A stretch of 64,000 nucleotides of DNA, taken from NCBI GenBank assembly GCA_977016875.1, contig CDRNST010000085.1, positions 620,001 to 684,000 of the forward strand, given 5' to 3'. The notes under the pieces are model-generated. The model saw only the letters and a list, made by a program, of their open reading frames with translations, ran no database searches and was not told the DNA's origin. The stretch's first letter is position 1; each line of letters opens with the position of its first letter. A program made the position numbers and the translations under genes. Positions 11,730 to 26,219 of the stretch are shown here, piece by piece. This DNA comes from Pavona decussata (Eukaryota).

Positions 11730-11800
11730 AACAAGTGATGTCTGATGATTCGTGGCAACACGACGAAAGTGACTGACATAAACGAATTAAATCGCTTGTT
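11730..11800 (+). ncRNA. Type I hammerhead ribozyme motif, probably inactivated
   Basis: Stem I atgt/acat plus distal aacaagtg/cgcttgtt; core CTGATGA 11742-11748; stem II tcgtg-GCAA-cacga; GAAA 11765-11768; minimal stem III AG-tga-CT. Two deviations: a U10.1/C11.1 mismatch and G at cleavage position 17. Confidence 0.6.
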
Positions 11801-14800
11801 TTCTGTTGGTTATTTCTCATTTTCCAATTAATCAGATCGCAGCAGGATTCCTTAGTTAAGGATCCGTTCAATTTAATTTTTCCCTTTGTCGCAACAAGTA
11901 CCCGTTCCTGTCAAAGGGGATGAGAGTATACAATGTATTTAGTTGATGACGGACTTGCTCCGAAAACTTGCAATTAAAAGTCGTGAAAGAAAACTTGCGG
12001 AAAGGAAACGAAAACTACAGACGAAATCTGTGCCGGGATTCTATTCGTGTAGAATTTTTGTTTCATTTGCATTTTACGTAGTTTAAGTCGGCAAAATCCG
12101 TAAAGATATCACGCCAACTATAAAATGAAATAACTTGTATAAAAATCAGTTGAATAATAATGATGATGATGATGATGATGATCAAATAAGCTTAATTTAG
12201 TTGAGTTAAGGCAAACGGGTTTTAAACGAGTCAATAGATTTTGCAGAAACCTTTTCTATAGAGATATTGTTCCATTCACAAGTTGTTCTTAATTTTTGGT
12301 CTCTAAGTGACCGTGGCACATTTGTATATTTCGTAAGCCTTGATCCTCTTCTGATATTCACTGAATGTTCGTTGTGTTATATTGGCTATAATAGCTTTAT
12401 AAAGTTAACAAAAGAGGTTACATAAAATCATATCTTTTTGAAGGGAACAATGCGCGAATGTTAACCTTCTGATGCGACCACAACCATTGTTACTCCAGAA
12501 CTGTCAACACTTTCTCTTTTGTTTTCACATGCAACCACTTAAAATACTTAAACCACTTAATAAACCCTTTGGTGATGAAACTCAGCCACATTGAATATGG
12601 ACCAAAGTGCTTGTAAAAATACCGAATTGCGATATGATGTCCAATGATTTGCGTAAAATTTAAAATCTGAAAAAGGGACGATTGAAGGGGAGAGAGGGAA
12701 AGAAAGAAGGGAACCGTTGCAACAGTTTTGTCTGAGCGTGTCGAATCTGAAGAATGTATTTGGAATAGAAAGTATGCAATTGGTTTAAATTTTTCCATGA
12801 ATTAATCAAAGACATCCTGTCAAAGTCCACGGGATACGTTTACAGAGACATGAATGCAAAGGTTAAAACGTGGTTACGGAGGAAGCTAGGCGTGTGCGGG
12901 AGACCGAGTCAAAGTTAACCCTACTTAATTATTCATAATTTCAAAATCAGTCTTTCCTCTGGATTCATTTCTTTGATGCACTCACTGTGAATTGAAATGT
13001 GTTTTCTTTAACAATAATTTTAGCCATAGTAATCGTTTTTAAATGTTAAACAGAGTCAGAAATATATGGCTTCGAAAGATAGAAGGAATCTAGATAGCGC
13101 CATGATATTTCAAAGAATATTTACGCTTTTAGTGAAACATGTTATTAGAGATTTTTAGAGAGGCCTTTCAAAAATATTTTTAATTAGGGGCCTCAACAAT
13201 TTAAGTAAAACTATTAACGAAAGCAGGTTTTCCACAATACCTTTTTCAATTGCTTGCTTATATAGTAAGGACCTTTTGTAATTTTTTAAGCGATGTTTTT
13301 TTTTTTCAAAAGTTCCTCTCGACTTTAATATATGATGTTGTTGTACGGACAATTACGTACGATGTTCATGGAAAACGCTATAATATGTTCCTCTTTCGAT
13401 ACACTTGTTTTATTCACAATGAATCTTTGATCTTGAAATTTCGTTTCCTTTTACTCTAAACAATATAATATCGGCCTTAGGCTACAATCAATCCATTTGG
13501 AGTTCTGTCAAAATGAAGAAAACACTTCCATTTAAATTATACCAAATCACCCAGGGTGCCAAACTCGATTAAATCAACTAATGGCACGAACTCCCTCCAC
13601 AAACAATGGCCGGAAATGTTCAATACAAACAAATTGGAAAACTGTGGGAAATATTCGCGATGTCACCTTCAGGGTATGGGCGATAAATTTACGACGCTTT
13701 TAGTGGGGTTGGATTCTATTGTTTCATTTTCGATAGAATTTAATCTTTTTAAAGGAAATAATGACAGCATGACTGTGCGAAGGAAATGGTTGAAATTTTC
13801 TATCAGGTTTAAATTTCCGTTCTTACATTCAACGGAATAAGGAACAAGAAATAAGAAAACCTTATTATTTTTCTATAAAGCAGAGCATATAACGAGAAAA
13901 CTCATAACCGGAAAAAATGAGATCCTGAATTAGTTGTTCTCAACATAAATTATTCCGCAAGGCGATGTTATCTTCACTATATTTCCACACAAAAGAAAAA
14001 AAACTACAGTAAGTTTCTATTAAATTTGGTTTACCGGTATCTGCGCAATCCCGGAAAAAGTCCAAAGTTGCAGCAACCGTCATAATGTAAGCCCACAACT
14101 TTCAGCTACTTTTCCTCTAGTGCTGAAATTTTCTGCTACGCAGGGTGGTTCTGGCCTTTTCTCGAGTGGCCACTCGAGTCTGCGCAGTCATCATGATTCT
14201 GAATCAAACTGCAATATCTCTTTGTTTGATGGCTGATTTCACTCCCCGCATGAAACGTGGAAGCACGTAACAACTCGTTTGGCGCCGGTTTCTTTGCTGG
14301 CATGGATTCGAGGCGTCTCGGCTGACGACCTGGATCCCCACAAGACATCGCTGTGCTCATTTTATACGATCCACTGTCAGGCGTCCGCCATTTTTAACTA
14401 GACAACATTAGATTTCGAATTTTTCCGCCTTACTCAGCTTGTCGTGAATCTCTTGATAAGTAAACTAATTTCATTTCCAGGACAAATAATTCGCACTCTA
14501 GGACACATGGATTCAAAATCAATGACAATTAGACTCCAAACAGCAATAAAAAAAAATCCCGCTTGAGTCTGCCAACTGCCTCGCTACAAGCGAGCAAACA
14601 GCATTGACCAAGCTGTGTTTGATTTGAATTTATACTTTTACAAGGATCGTTTTATTGCTAAGTAATTCATTGTGTTTATAGCTTACATGACTACTAGGAG
14701 TTTATTTTGAAAACAAAAATTGTAACAGTCATCAAAAACACCATGTTTTAGTTTTTGTCTAGTAGGGTTGTTTCTAGAAAACTAAATATAAGCGAGGAAA

Positions 14801-15219
14801 CACAACTCATCAATTATGTTGTATTTTCATGAGCTGTGTCTTATTGCCTTATATTGCATTGTGTGCATATTTGGTTCTACGTCTAGAAGCTTGTTTTGAA
14901 AGTACAAAGTTTGTGTAAATCAGCAACAAAGTCACGCTAGCCTTGCTTTTTTAGATTTGCTTTTATTTATTCTTTATTTGCCATAAGACAAATAATGTAT
15001 TATAATATAAAAGGAGCAATAAAGATATGGCGAGGAGACAAAAAACCATCGGGCTCATATAAAGAGGTCACCTCGAAAACATAATGAAGTAAAATAGTGC
15101 TGCGTAAGTGCGGTAAGAACAGATCAAAATTACAAAAAAAAAAATGTACATCCGTTTCTCTAAGGTACTGAGGAAAACTAGATGAACCTGTTATATGTGT
15201 TGGAAGAGAATTCAAAGTC

Positions 15220-15520
15220 TTAAGCCCCGTTTAAACGGTTTCAACATTTGACCAAATTTGGGCAAATGTTGGATGAGTGGAGTGTTCAAGCGGTTTCAAC
15301 ACCATTCAACATTTTCAAGAACAAAGGAAATGTTGAAGGAATGTTGAATCAAAGTTTAAATCTATTTAAATTTGATTCAACACACTTTCAACAAGCTTTC
15401 AACATTTTGTTGCACTTTCAACAATGTTGAACGGCCTGTTCAAACGCCCCCGACATTTGGTTCAATGAGGTGTTGAACGCACGCTGAAGCAAATGTTGAA
15501 ACCGATTAAATGGGCCTTTA
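15220..15520. mobile_element. MITE rich in TGTTGAA/TTCAACA motifs (PIF/Harbinger-like ends)
   Basis: TIRs taagccccgtttaaacggtttcaacatttg / caaatgttgaaaccgattaaatgggccttta. Confidence 0.8.
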
Positions 15521-17378
15521 GAACCTATAAAAAAAATTTTAAACTAAGTTCAATATTAGTACGACAGGCTTGTGGTCGGTAACTGCTTGTTAATTATAAC
15601 AAAAAAAATGTTTTGTTCAGATGCCATACGTGCAGCCATGGGATCATGATCAGTAGAAAAGATAACACAATGAGAAAATGTCCACCATCAATAATGGTTG
15701 TTCAGTGACATGTTCTTTCAGCAGTGGGTTTAAAGAAATGGAAAAGTACTTTTTTCCTTTTTGCAAATATTTCTGATCAGCCCTAGAAATACCGCTTTCG
15801 ATTTAAAATTAAAATCAATCCCTTAAATCGAACAAAACCGTTTTCTAACAATGTCAATTTAACATTTTCTTTAATTCTAATAAAGATATTCGACTGAAAG
15901 ACAAATGTCCGCGGGGAACATAACCATCTACAACGTGATAGGAAATGTTTTCGCTAACGTAGTAGTCGTAATTTGAGCCTATATAATCATTACTTATTTT
16001 TCATCACTTATTTTTCAATCAACTCCTTCTTTCTAGAGATTTGGCTATCATGCTAATTCTGTTTCCATTTGTATCAAATTCAAAGGGCACACAACAAGAA
16101 AATTTAAGCAAAAAGACTCGTGTTCCCAGATCGTTTTGTGCCTTTAAGTAAAGGTTATATTTGTGTAAGCTAATACCGTTTAATCTGTTCGGATGTTTCA
16201 GCTGAAAATTTGAGTTGCAGAAAGTTTTAGAATTTTGCTCCCTGAATTTACCAGCTGCTGTCAGCTTTACGAAAAATGCTAGCGCGCTGCCCGTTTTTTG
16301 GCATTTGTGACGACATATTTGCATCTTCGAAAACGAAAGGAATTAGTTTTCTAGCTTTACGAAATTTTTGAGCCGACATTTTGCCGAAGAAAACTTCGAT
16401 TTTCCTTGCAACTAAATTCGGTGCCCAAGAAATTTATTCGCCTTGCTGAATGAAATGATACAAGACGGGTTGTCAATTTGCAATAATGTACACAACTTTA
16501 GGGTCATCAGCTACTTTCGTAGACTATAGATGAGATAAAGCCTATCTAGGCCGATGCAATTGATAAAATAGTCAGTATATACTCTTGAGTTTGTGAAACT
16601 TTGAACAATTAACGTTTTCTATTTGTTCACGAAATTGCCCTGGAGGTCTTCTGTCTTCAAATCACTTAAGCAATAGCCATCAAAACATTTCGACTTTGCC
16701 TCGAGTATTTTGTTGAATATTCCTTTTAGCTCTATTACCTACTTCCATTTTTTAAGCGTTATTCTAGGATCCTTTTACAGGTGTTGATTGCTTTTGAGAA
16801 TTTCTGACTAGTATATGGAAAAAAATGCAAGAAATCTAAGATTGCGGTTGTTTGAGAATCGTAACGATTTTTCACGCCATGTGAAGGAAGAAATGTGAAC
16901 GTCATGTGTGGAACTTCATGTGATAAAGAACAAGTACAGACACAATAAAGAAATATTAGGAAATGCAATTTCCTATATATTTCTCCTATCAGTATTTTTA
17001 TCTACCCGGATGGTTCTTGGTTTCAGTGGTCATTGCAAATATTTGACGCTGAAGGCAAAAAAAAAAAAAAAAAAACTCATTAATCGTCACTTGCCATTTT
17101 TGTATGCATACGATCAACGATAAAAGTAGATGAAGCTCTAAATGAAAAATCAAATTAGGCAATCCTTATTTTTTGGGTTCTTGCGCTAGCTAGCATATCA
17201 GAAGGGTCTGAAAGGCAAAGAAAAACAAATCTTATAATTTGCAATAAAACACTACGAAATTGTACCAGAAATTACAGCCTTGGGCTCTTGGAGACGAGTT
17301 CTTTGTTGTCTATAACGTATGTCTTTGGCAGTTATAAACAGCTACTTGATCTAGCCAAAGGTACAGGTAGTCTTCTCT

Positions 17379-17427
<49 letters not shown>

Positions 17428-17780
17428 GAGATACTCGGGTTTCCTATGGGTGGTGCCTACTAATACAGGGATATTTTTGCACGGTTTAAAACTATACGGA
17501 GAAAGCAGAACTTAGCAAGGGCTTTTGGTATCTCAAAGGAAAATTAGGGGTAACCATGCATTTTTCAGAGATAGTTAAACTTCAATTTAGGTAAAAAATC
17601 CCATGCATTGCTTTATATTTTGTCGCTTTTTAGAGATATCATTGCTTAATTATCTCTGAAAAATGCGTGGTTACCCCCAATTTTCTCTTTGGATTCCAAG
17701 AGGCCTTGCTAAGATCTGTTTTTCCCGCATAGTCATAAGCCGCACAAAAATACTTCGGTATTAGTAGGCACCGTCCTTAA
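17379..17780 (+). mobile_element. TTAA-flanked palindromic MITE (Kolobok-like), copy 1
   Basis: Perfect TIRs ttaa-ggacggtgcctacta / tagtaggcaccgtcc-ttaa and an internal inverted duplication. Second copy at 60308-60706. Confidence 0.9.
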
Positions 17781-17869
17781 TACGGTTTATTTCTTATCTC
17801 CAATGAGTTCCTCAACAAATTCATGTCAACTTCACAGCTACTTTCCTCCAACTAAGTTCGCAACATGCA

Positions 17870-17905
17870 AAGGGTGCTTTCTATTTGCCAGAATTGGTCA
17901 GCCGC
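17870..17905 (+). mobile_element. Isolated terminus of MITE family A
   Basis: agggtgctttctatttgccagaattggtcagcc matches the TIR of 4407-4617. Confidence 0.5.
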
Positions 17906-19691
17906 TAGGTTGTAAATGAAGCCTCGTGTAATAAAGATTGAAATACTGTGTAGCGAAGTTAATTGATGAGAATTTAAAGATTACAACGTCGACGCTGTTA
18001 AGAGAATTTCAACCAAATGAAATGGGTTGCACTGAATAAAAAAAATTCATTTGGATAATGGTATGCGCCATTTTAAAGTAATTGAATGGGATGTCATATC
18101 GGGGGCACTTTCAGTTTAACCAAATTTCCTGTTCGATCGGTTTAAATACAAAGGGAACACGCGAAATTATACTGGAAAATTTTGGGAACAAACTGACGAC
18201 AAGGGAGGTATTCCACTCTTTGCTTCAGTTTTCAACCAGTTTGAACAGAATTACGGCTACGTGTGCTCAAAATTTTCATTTTGTAGTGACCATCCTCGCC
18301 GGGGAGACATGTTTGGATTCACGGGTAATGAGAACGTGAACATTATAGACGTTAACTAAAAAGGAAGCCTAAATACAGCTACATGACTACATAAGAAAAA
18401 ACAAACAACCAATCAAAATGTGGAACGAGCTTAAGCTTCAAGAAGGATAATTAAAAACTGGAGTCTTCAGGGCGGTCCAAGCCAAGTCAGCAAGGAACTC
18501 CCAAACATATCTGTTATGGTCAGTATTGTTTACAGACTGAAAACATCAATCACAGAATCAACGAAACAACTAACGCACAATCTGGAAACACAAGTACGGG
18601 CTACTTGAACATAGACCTTCAACGACCTTGAATTATAAAGACCAGCCTGATGGTCACAAATTTATCTATTAATTAACGAAACTGAAACTACTGAAGTCTA
18701 AAGTCACTTAATGAAAACTTTATTGCACACTTCGCTAAAAAGACCGCACAATCATAGCGTGATTGAGACTATAAATTGGCTTATCCGTTAATGTTGCGTG
18801 CATTGGTGATTCCAATTGTAACACTAGAACAGATAACATAATTTGTGACTGATAGAATCGGGATTAACCCTATCTAGAGCAAGTCTTGGCTTTCTAGGGT
18901 TGGATGGGAGGTAAAGAGTTTATACCGCCTATCTCCTCCCCCTCTTTCCCTACGTAACCCAGAGAGTATTGGATCGATGCCGGTGAAACTTGAAGGGCAG
19001 ATAGTACTTTCGTGTACATTTGTGTTTCTTTTGAGGCCCATAACTGGAGATGATGAGTTCAAATGATGTGGGAATTACGTCAAGATTCCTACACGATAGC
19101 CATCTTGGATCCACACCCTTGGATTTTCTAATTTTCAAACAACTTCAGAAAGCCAAAAACTGACAAAAGGTGATCATAACCAATAGAAAAACACTAAAAT
19201 GATCTAAAAGTTATAAAAGAAAATTCATTTATCATTAAAAGCAGAAACTTTCTAATTAAACTCCCCGTCAAGAAGGGTGGCCATGGTAACATAAAATTCC
19301 ACAAACATTAACCTGTCAGACCAAACTGTCTCAAATCAATACATGTAACCACCGAACGGGGTAAATCTTGATGCTACATAATTCATAAAATTGAGATCAA
19401 AGTTCCTTACTTCTCAGAAAGTTATTTCCTTTGATTTGCATAACAGGCTATTGAAATATTGCACGCTTTTGCTGTAGAGCGAAGAGAGAGCATCGTGAAA
19501 AAAGTTAACACAGTCAACAGGTTAGGGAAATAGATTTCAAAATATTAGCTTCCTTAAACCTAAACAATGTAATATAGACAGCAACTACGAAAAACATGAG
19601 TCTAAGAAACACGCAAGATTGCATGCGAAAAATTAAAACAAAATGTAGACGATAATTAGAAGCGGGTGCCACTAAATAATGCTTTATGTAC

Positions 19692-20007
19692 TTAAAAGTG
19701 GCATTGTTACGGAAATTTTGTAGTGTTTTGGTTGGTCGAGATTGCAGAACTTGTTGACAAAGTACCTTTGCTCAAAAATTGCTCTCAAAGCACATGGAGG
19801 TGAATTTCAAAGGAAAGGCAAACCAGTTTTCAGAGAGTTGACAGTGCATATGGGAAGAATTTAAAAAAGAGTAGCCGCTTCAACTCATTTCCATTCTAGC
19901 CATTCGAATTCACAGTCAAAAATAATTCACGCTAGTCTCTATGTACTGACATAAATGTTTTTGGCTCTTCAAAGTGCCAACAAAAATATGCGAAACTGCC
20001 TTTTTAA
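19692..20007. mobile_element. Degenerate TTAA-flanked non-autonomous DNA transposon (Kolobok-like)
   Basis: Ends ttaaaagtggcattgttacg / gcgaaactgcctttttaa. It interrupts unit 1 of the 2-kb array. Confidence 0.5.
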
Positions 20008-20943
20008 ATTATTCGAAACAAGGAAATACTTTAATAAACCAAATTCGTTTTCCATTTTTAACAGGTAAACCATGAGAAAAACACATGGGGAGATTTGGAT
20101 TTTTTTTTACTGAAGATGCGATCTTAAGCAAGGACGACCGCCCTTTGCTGATTTACATGTATCATAATGTTTGAAAAGAAAACAATAAATGAAAAAAATC
20201 CTGTTTGAGACATGCCACAATCAGTTCTACAGACGTGAACAAAAAACTGGCAGCCAGCCGAGATTTAAAAACATGGCAGTATTTTTTAGATAATGACCAT
20301 AGTCATTATTAGGAAGGTTCGCTGACTCGGAAATAGTGGCAGCTTAATCAGTATTTATAAGACTGAACATCAAGTCACTACAAATTATATCGAGCGTAGT
20401 ACAGCGAGATTTAATGAGCTAAACTTAAACAAAAGACATTTAAATTTAGCAGCTATAGTACATAACTGAAAGGAAAATTAGTCACATTGACTTCAACATG
20501 TCTTAAGTTTAGTGTATAGTTGAGATGTTTTCCAAAAATCGTCCAACATTTGGTATAGCTTAAAAAGTGGTTGCCAGCTAGAGTTGATACAGATACAAAA
20601 TTCTACTTGCATTAACTGGATCGAGTGCGACCAATTACATGAAGCTATAGCTTTTGCAGCCTGGAACACAAGACGTTTAATTGAAATCTAGTTTTTGAAA
20701 GTAAATGGTAAATCTATTTATAACCCACCGATTAATTTCTGCGAATTCTAATTGGATAAAGTTCGTCACGTGATGCGAAATCGGACGATTGTCATGAGGG
20801 GATAAACGCCGTCCGATTTATTTCGATGGAAACAAAACAAAGAAACTCAAGGAATTTCTCAAGGAATACAACTGAAGAAAATAGTTTTGCTGAAACGAGT
20901 GGCGAAAAAATTAAAAATCTAACAAACAGCAGATGACTGAGAC

Positions 20944-21154
20944 TAAGGGTGTTTTCCATTTGTCAGAACTGGCAATGTTCCAATTTGAAGGATAAGTTTT
21001 ATCCTCGTCGTTCAAATTTCTTCAAAATAGCGCGTACCATTCTCGGACTGATTATTTTCAAGATTTTGCAGCAACATCCCTTCAACATGACGCGTTCCAT
21101 TTACGGACTGGCCTGGTCTGGCCGACCAGTTTCGACAAATGGAAGGCGCCCTAA
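20944..21154 (-). mobile_element. MITE (family A, copy 2, inverted relative to copy 1)
   Basis: taa-gggtgttttccatttgtcagaactggc ... accagtttcgacaaatggaaggcgccc-taa, with TAA target duplication. The internal sequence is the reverse complement of part of 4407-4617. Confidence 0.85.
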
Positions 21155-24100
21155 GGTTGCTAATTATGGCAGAACAATTCAAAACTCCAAATCAACACTC
21201 GTATTTTCGACGAACGCAAACACAGGCTATCTCGTGTTGAAGCTGGCAAACGGGAGACGGCGGACGTGAGACGGAGGCGAAATCATTATCACGTGGCTTT
21301 TTTTTAACCGTTTGTTTTTGCCAGAAACATGATTCTTAATCTGCCCTTTCAAATTCCGGCTAGAAAGAATAAATAAAAGTTCCAAAATCTAGAACTACAG
21401 CTCTCAATATGTTGCGCCTTAGAGACAACTATCTTAATTATAAAACAGAAACAAAATGACAGCGTCTTTTAAAATTATTTTAGATTTGTATTGCTACAAA
21501 ACAAGTACATTTCCAGAACGGTGCTATCAACTTAATAAAATGTGCAATTCGGATGGAATGGAAATTCCTTTCGTTTTCAATATTCTCGTTTCCTGTTGAG
21601 CGGACATCATGTTCTCTTGAGAGCGAACAGAAAACATGGTGTAAATGTTAATTCAATGAACAGGTAACGCGGATGGTCCGCAAAACATTTGTTTCCTTGA
21701 ATGTAAACATTCAGACACAATAAGCCGGTACAACTGCAAATGGTGCTAAATGTGGTCGTGGCATTAGCGCGAGCTCTAAGAGAGGAAATATGAAGAGAAC
21801 GCAAAACTGCAAAAGGAAAGAATGAAGACTCCTTAGGAACAATTTTTTACTGAGTAATGCACTAATTTAAGTACTCGAATTGTTAAAAACAAGAAATTAT
21901 CTTTAATTTACTCGCTGAACCTCGTGTTCACAGGGGCGACGCTCGATGATTCGTTAACATCATTACAAGAAAACAACTGAATCTTGAATCACGGATAGTC
22001 TATTTAAAGAAGAGTTAACTAATAAAAGAAACGCACAATATAAATTCGATAACGGCCAAGTGTCCTTGTCTTCATGGTCAATCCATTCACTCAGTAATAG
22101 AAATTAGGAAGAAGAACATCTCAGTAGACCCAAGACTTCAATAAACCGGCAGCCAGCTGAGAGTTAAGCTCAAAACAGCCCTGGTATGTTAATTGGAATT
22201 TTACAACTAATGATGGTTTTGGAATAAACCAAACCCTCACAAAGAATCGTAGTTGCTTTACAAACACCGTGATTCTTTAAACTATGTCAGCGCCACTAAC
22301 TTTGGGAAAGTCGACTGAGAAACGTTCGCGCTTTATTTTTGTGATGAACACAAAATGGTGATATTTATCACCGATTTAATGGGAAGAGAATAACTTGGTG
22401 GAGGTAAACAAGAAGAAAATCTCCTGTAGTTTAATTGCATTTAAATTTAGCAAACAATCAATTTGGAAACTTCCTCTTTGATAAATAGAAGTAAGGGAGT
22501 AAATAGAAATTGTTTATACAAATATTACCCAACGTTTGATGACTATTAACGACAATTATTCGCTAGTAGGTAGCTAATATTAACATAAAGAACACATGGG
22601 TGAGACTGTTACAGATGTCGAAGTTCTTTTGCCTAAAACCAAGCTTTTGCAGTGTGAACCACTACTTCTTTACTCGCCATTCTTAGCAGTGATCGAGTTT
22701 AGACAAAGCAATAAAAATATTTTCTCTGATCTGAGCGTAATCTTAACTTCTGAGGAAAAAATGAAATTCCCAAAGCTCATAAAGTAAGCGCTGTATGGAT
22801 TCAATTGGATTCGGTAGCAATTTTTTTAAATTTTTGTTTTCAGCAAACTAAAGAACTAGACAGTAGGCATTTCACCGAAGAATTTTCCTGGCTGATGTAC
22901 CATTGATTAAATGTGACCGCAAATCTTTTCAACCTAAGCAAGCTCAAATAATCTCGTGTTTGGAGGTAAACTTTGAGTTCAACGGCAGTTAAAAGTAAAA
23001 CACTTCTCACCTGGTAACATTTAAACCACGCCACTAAACTAACAAAAGAAAATCTAGCTATTTTTTCCTGAGGTTACTAGAACTGGGGGATTGTTTTATT
23101 TCTAGTCGCACAGCCTATAGACACCAAAACTTTAACCACAACGCCACAACAAAACAATGTTGAAAAATGTGTTAGTTTTCGTGTTCTGGGCGCGTTTCAA
23201 GTAAATATGACCTTGGTAAAACTGAACAAAGAAATATCTGGCTTAACATATAGCACACAATAATCAACGTTCCATTCACATTACAACTAACTACAAACAA
23301 GATAGTTTCGACCAGCTTGGCAAGAGGTCAATGTTTAAAATCACTTGACAAAGAGACCCGTAAAAATCCTGTTGTACTTGTTTGCCGCGCAAACACTAAA
23401 ATAAGCGGTGAAAGAAGATGTCACAAACATACATCGCGTCCTGGCAAATATGAAAACGTGTCATTTCTTAATTCATTTTGCCCTTAACTCCCTTTACATA
23501 ATCGTTAACATGTTTGCCTCTGAGTAGGATAACCCGTTATTAAAACCGAAAAGTGAAGCACAGTTCATTTTGAAGTGATGTATTTCATATTTTCAACCAA
23601 AATGCATAAAAGCTACAAAAATTTACGTGTTAAGGTAAAATGTAAGCCGTTTTCATTTTCTTTTCTTGCGAACAAATGACGGCCATAAAAGTTGCATGGC
23701 TTTTTTCCCGATTTTTTTTTTCAAAAACGTGGGAAATGGTTATACAATGAGCAGGTTACGAAGATATTTTTCTAAATATTTATTTTATTAAATCTAAACA
23801 ACAAGAGACAAAAACCTCGAAGGAAGATACAACTAAAAACGTGGTCGAGACTCTCAAGTCAATGTATGTAGTGGAGGGCCTTCAACGAGCACGCCAAACG
23901 TTGTTGTGAAAGAATGAAAGCACATAAACCATAATCGGAAAACAGTCGTGCAGTGAAAGATGCATTTGTGTTTCCAAACGTATACAGTCAATACTTTGTC
24001 GAAATAAACTGCTATTTAGTTTTTTAAAGGAATGAATATAATTTATCAGCCCTCTGCTCAACGGAAATGAACGAAATTTTCACATATTTACGGTATAATT

Positions 24101-26219
24101 AATCTTGGAACATGGACCAAATCGCTTTGGCAGGAGAGGCTTTTTAGGTACATAACAACAGTTGATGTGCAAACACTTATCAAGGCATCTCAGGAAATCC
24201 AGTTTACCGCCAAAAAGCTGGCAGCTAGTAGCGACCACAATGATATTAAAAATAAAAAAAGAAAAGAAAAACTAGAAATGCAGTTCTCCTTCTTAGAAGG
24301 TTTGCGAGAAATTGGCCCTCAAATGATGCACTGAGCACAAAACTGTCACAAATGGCATCGAGATAAGTTACTTGCGACCATCTGAGCGTTGTAGACAACA
24401 AACATCTACCTTGCTTTAATTGCCCTTAAATATAGCACTGTAAGTTTTGAAAATAACTCATTTGGCAACAACCCTTAGATTACGGTTGGCCGTTAAGCTA
24501 GGTGGTGAACTTGAGGTTTCAATGAAAATTTATGTAAAATTGTTTGAAGAAGAGTGTGCGACGTTTGAGGCGATCAACAACAAAGCGCTGCTTTTCGCAT
24601 GTGCTATAAGAAACAGATTTCGACTGAGAAAGCTAGTGGATCGTTTCCATTGGATAAGCCTAAAATACAACTTTTATATGGTGGACTTCTACAGTTTCAT
24701 CTACTGCTACTTTATAATGTTTGATTAGAATCGAATTTTGATAAACAAGTGATAAAAAAATGTATAACTTCGAACTGTTCTTAATTACACCTCCTAGGGA
24801 AATCTTAAGCAAATAAACCATTTGTTTTGACCATGCAATAGAACTTATTTCACCATTGTTACAATTTATTTAGACGTACAGACGAGAAGTTAAATGATAC
24901 GTGTCTTTCCATGACATTTTTAGGAGGGAAAATAGTTTTTTATTTTAATTTTGTCGCAAATACTTTCAATGCTATGTACACAGCCTTGCATACCGACTGC
25001 CGGCAAAAATGTCACCTTACGAATCAAAATGGGCCACTAGCACGAATTGGATAAGAATGACAAACGAAACAGTTCTTATAATAATATGATTGGTATTAAA
25101 CCGAAATCGTAAACTATAGAAGACTTTGTCGGAGTTTTAATGAGCTTACTGTAGCACTTTGTGAATGACACAACTCCTAGCTTCCAGGGTTAGAACCCAC
25201 TACAAAAGTTTAATCGCATGTTAGTCGTGAGTCAGTTTGTATCCTCGCCATGTTGACCTAAACATCATATAGCTTTGGTCAAACTCAGCGGCAATTTGCT
25301 TATTATAACAATGAACGTTCAACTAGGTACTACAGGATACAGAGAGTGGTTCTGGCAAGCGATCACCATTGAAACTGAGCCACTCAGTAAAGAATGAATA
25401 CTAAAATGAAAACTACAAATTCCTAGATACAGTCCAAATGTTGTGTCTTAGTGAAGCAACTAATTTATAAAACAGAAACGTCCCACAAATTTTCATTGAA
25501 AAACATTTCGCATTTTCCTTATAAAAGGACAAGTAACCTGACATAGCGATGTCATTTCACTCGACCTTAACATTTTCAGGCCTTTCAGTTCTTTCCTTTC
25601 GAGCACATGGCAAATATAAAAATTGCATAGTTTAGCCGTTCATTTATTCTTGACGGGATACGAAAACATCGTTGAAAAGATAATGCAATGAGCAGGTTCC
25701 GGATATGGTTTCCATAACATTTACGTTCTGAAATCTAAACAATAAAAAGCAAGAAAATAGCATGGAAAATTCCACTGCGAACGCGTTTCATAATTTTAAA
25801 TTCCACATGTCTAACAAAGACTATGACAGACCTTCCTTATCTTTAGGAATTGCACTTTGAAACATACGCTTGTTTGCACAATTCTCTGAAAAAGGCGTTC
25901 GATTAGTGGTGCGACGTTATCTAATATGCTAACCTGTTTCTCTGGGACACGATAATCTCATAAATAGTATCTCAATTTCAAAACTGTGACTCGTAATTCC
26001 GCCTTTATCACTTTGTATGTGATCTAGAAACATTGAAACTCCCTTTTGCCCGACGTCCCAAAATGTACATGGAAAGACAAAGATCACACAGCCACCTATC
26101 TCGTTAGATCCTCTATAATGAAAATTGGTGGCTAACCGAGAATAACATAAGGAACCTAACTAAATTACAAGCGAAGTCATCGTTTAGTCATCAACCACTA
26201 ACCTTCTCAATTTTCCAGC

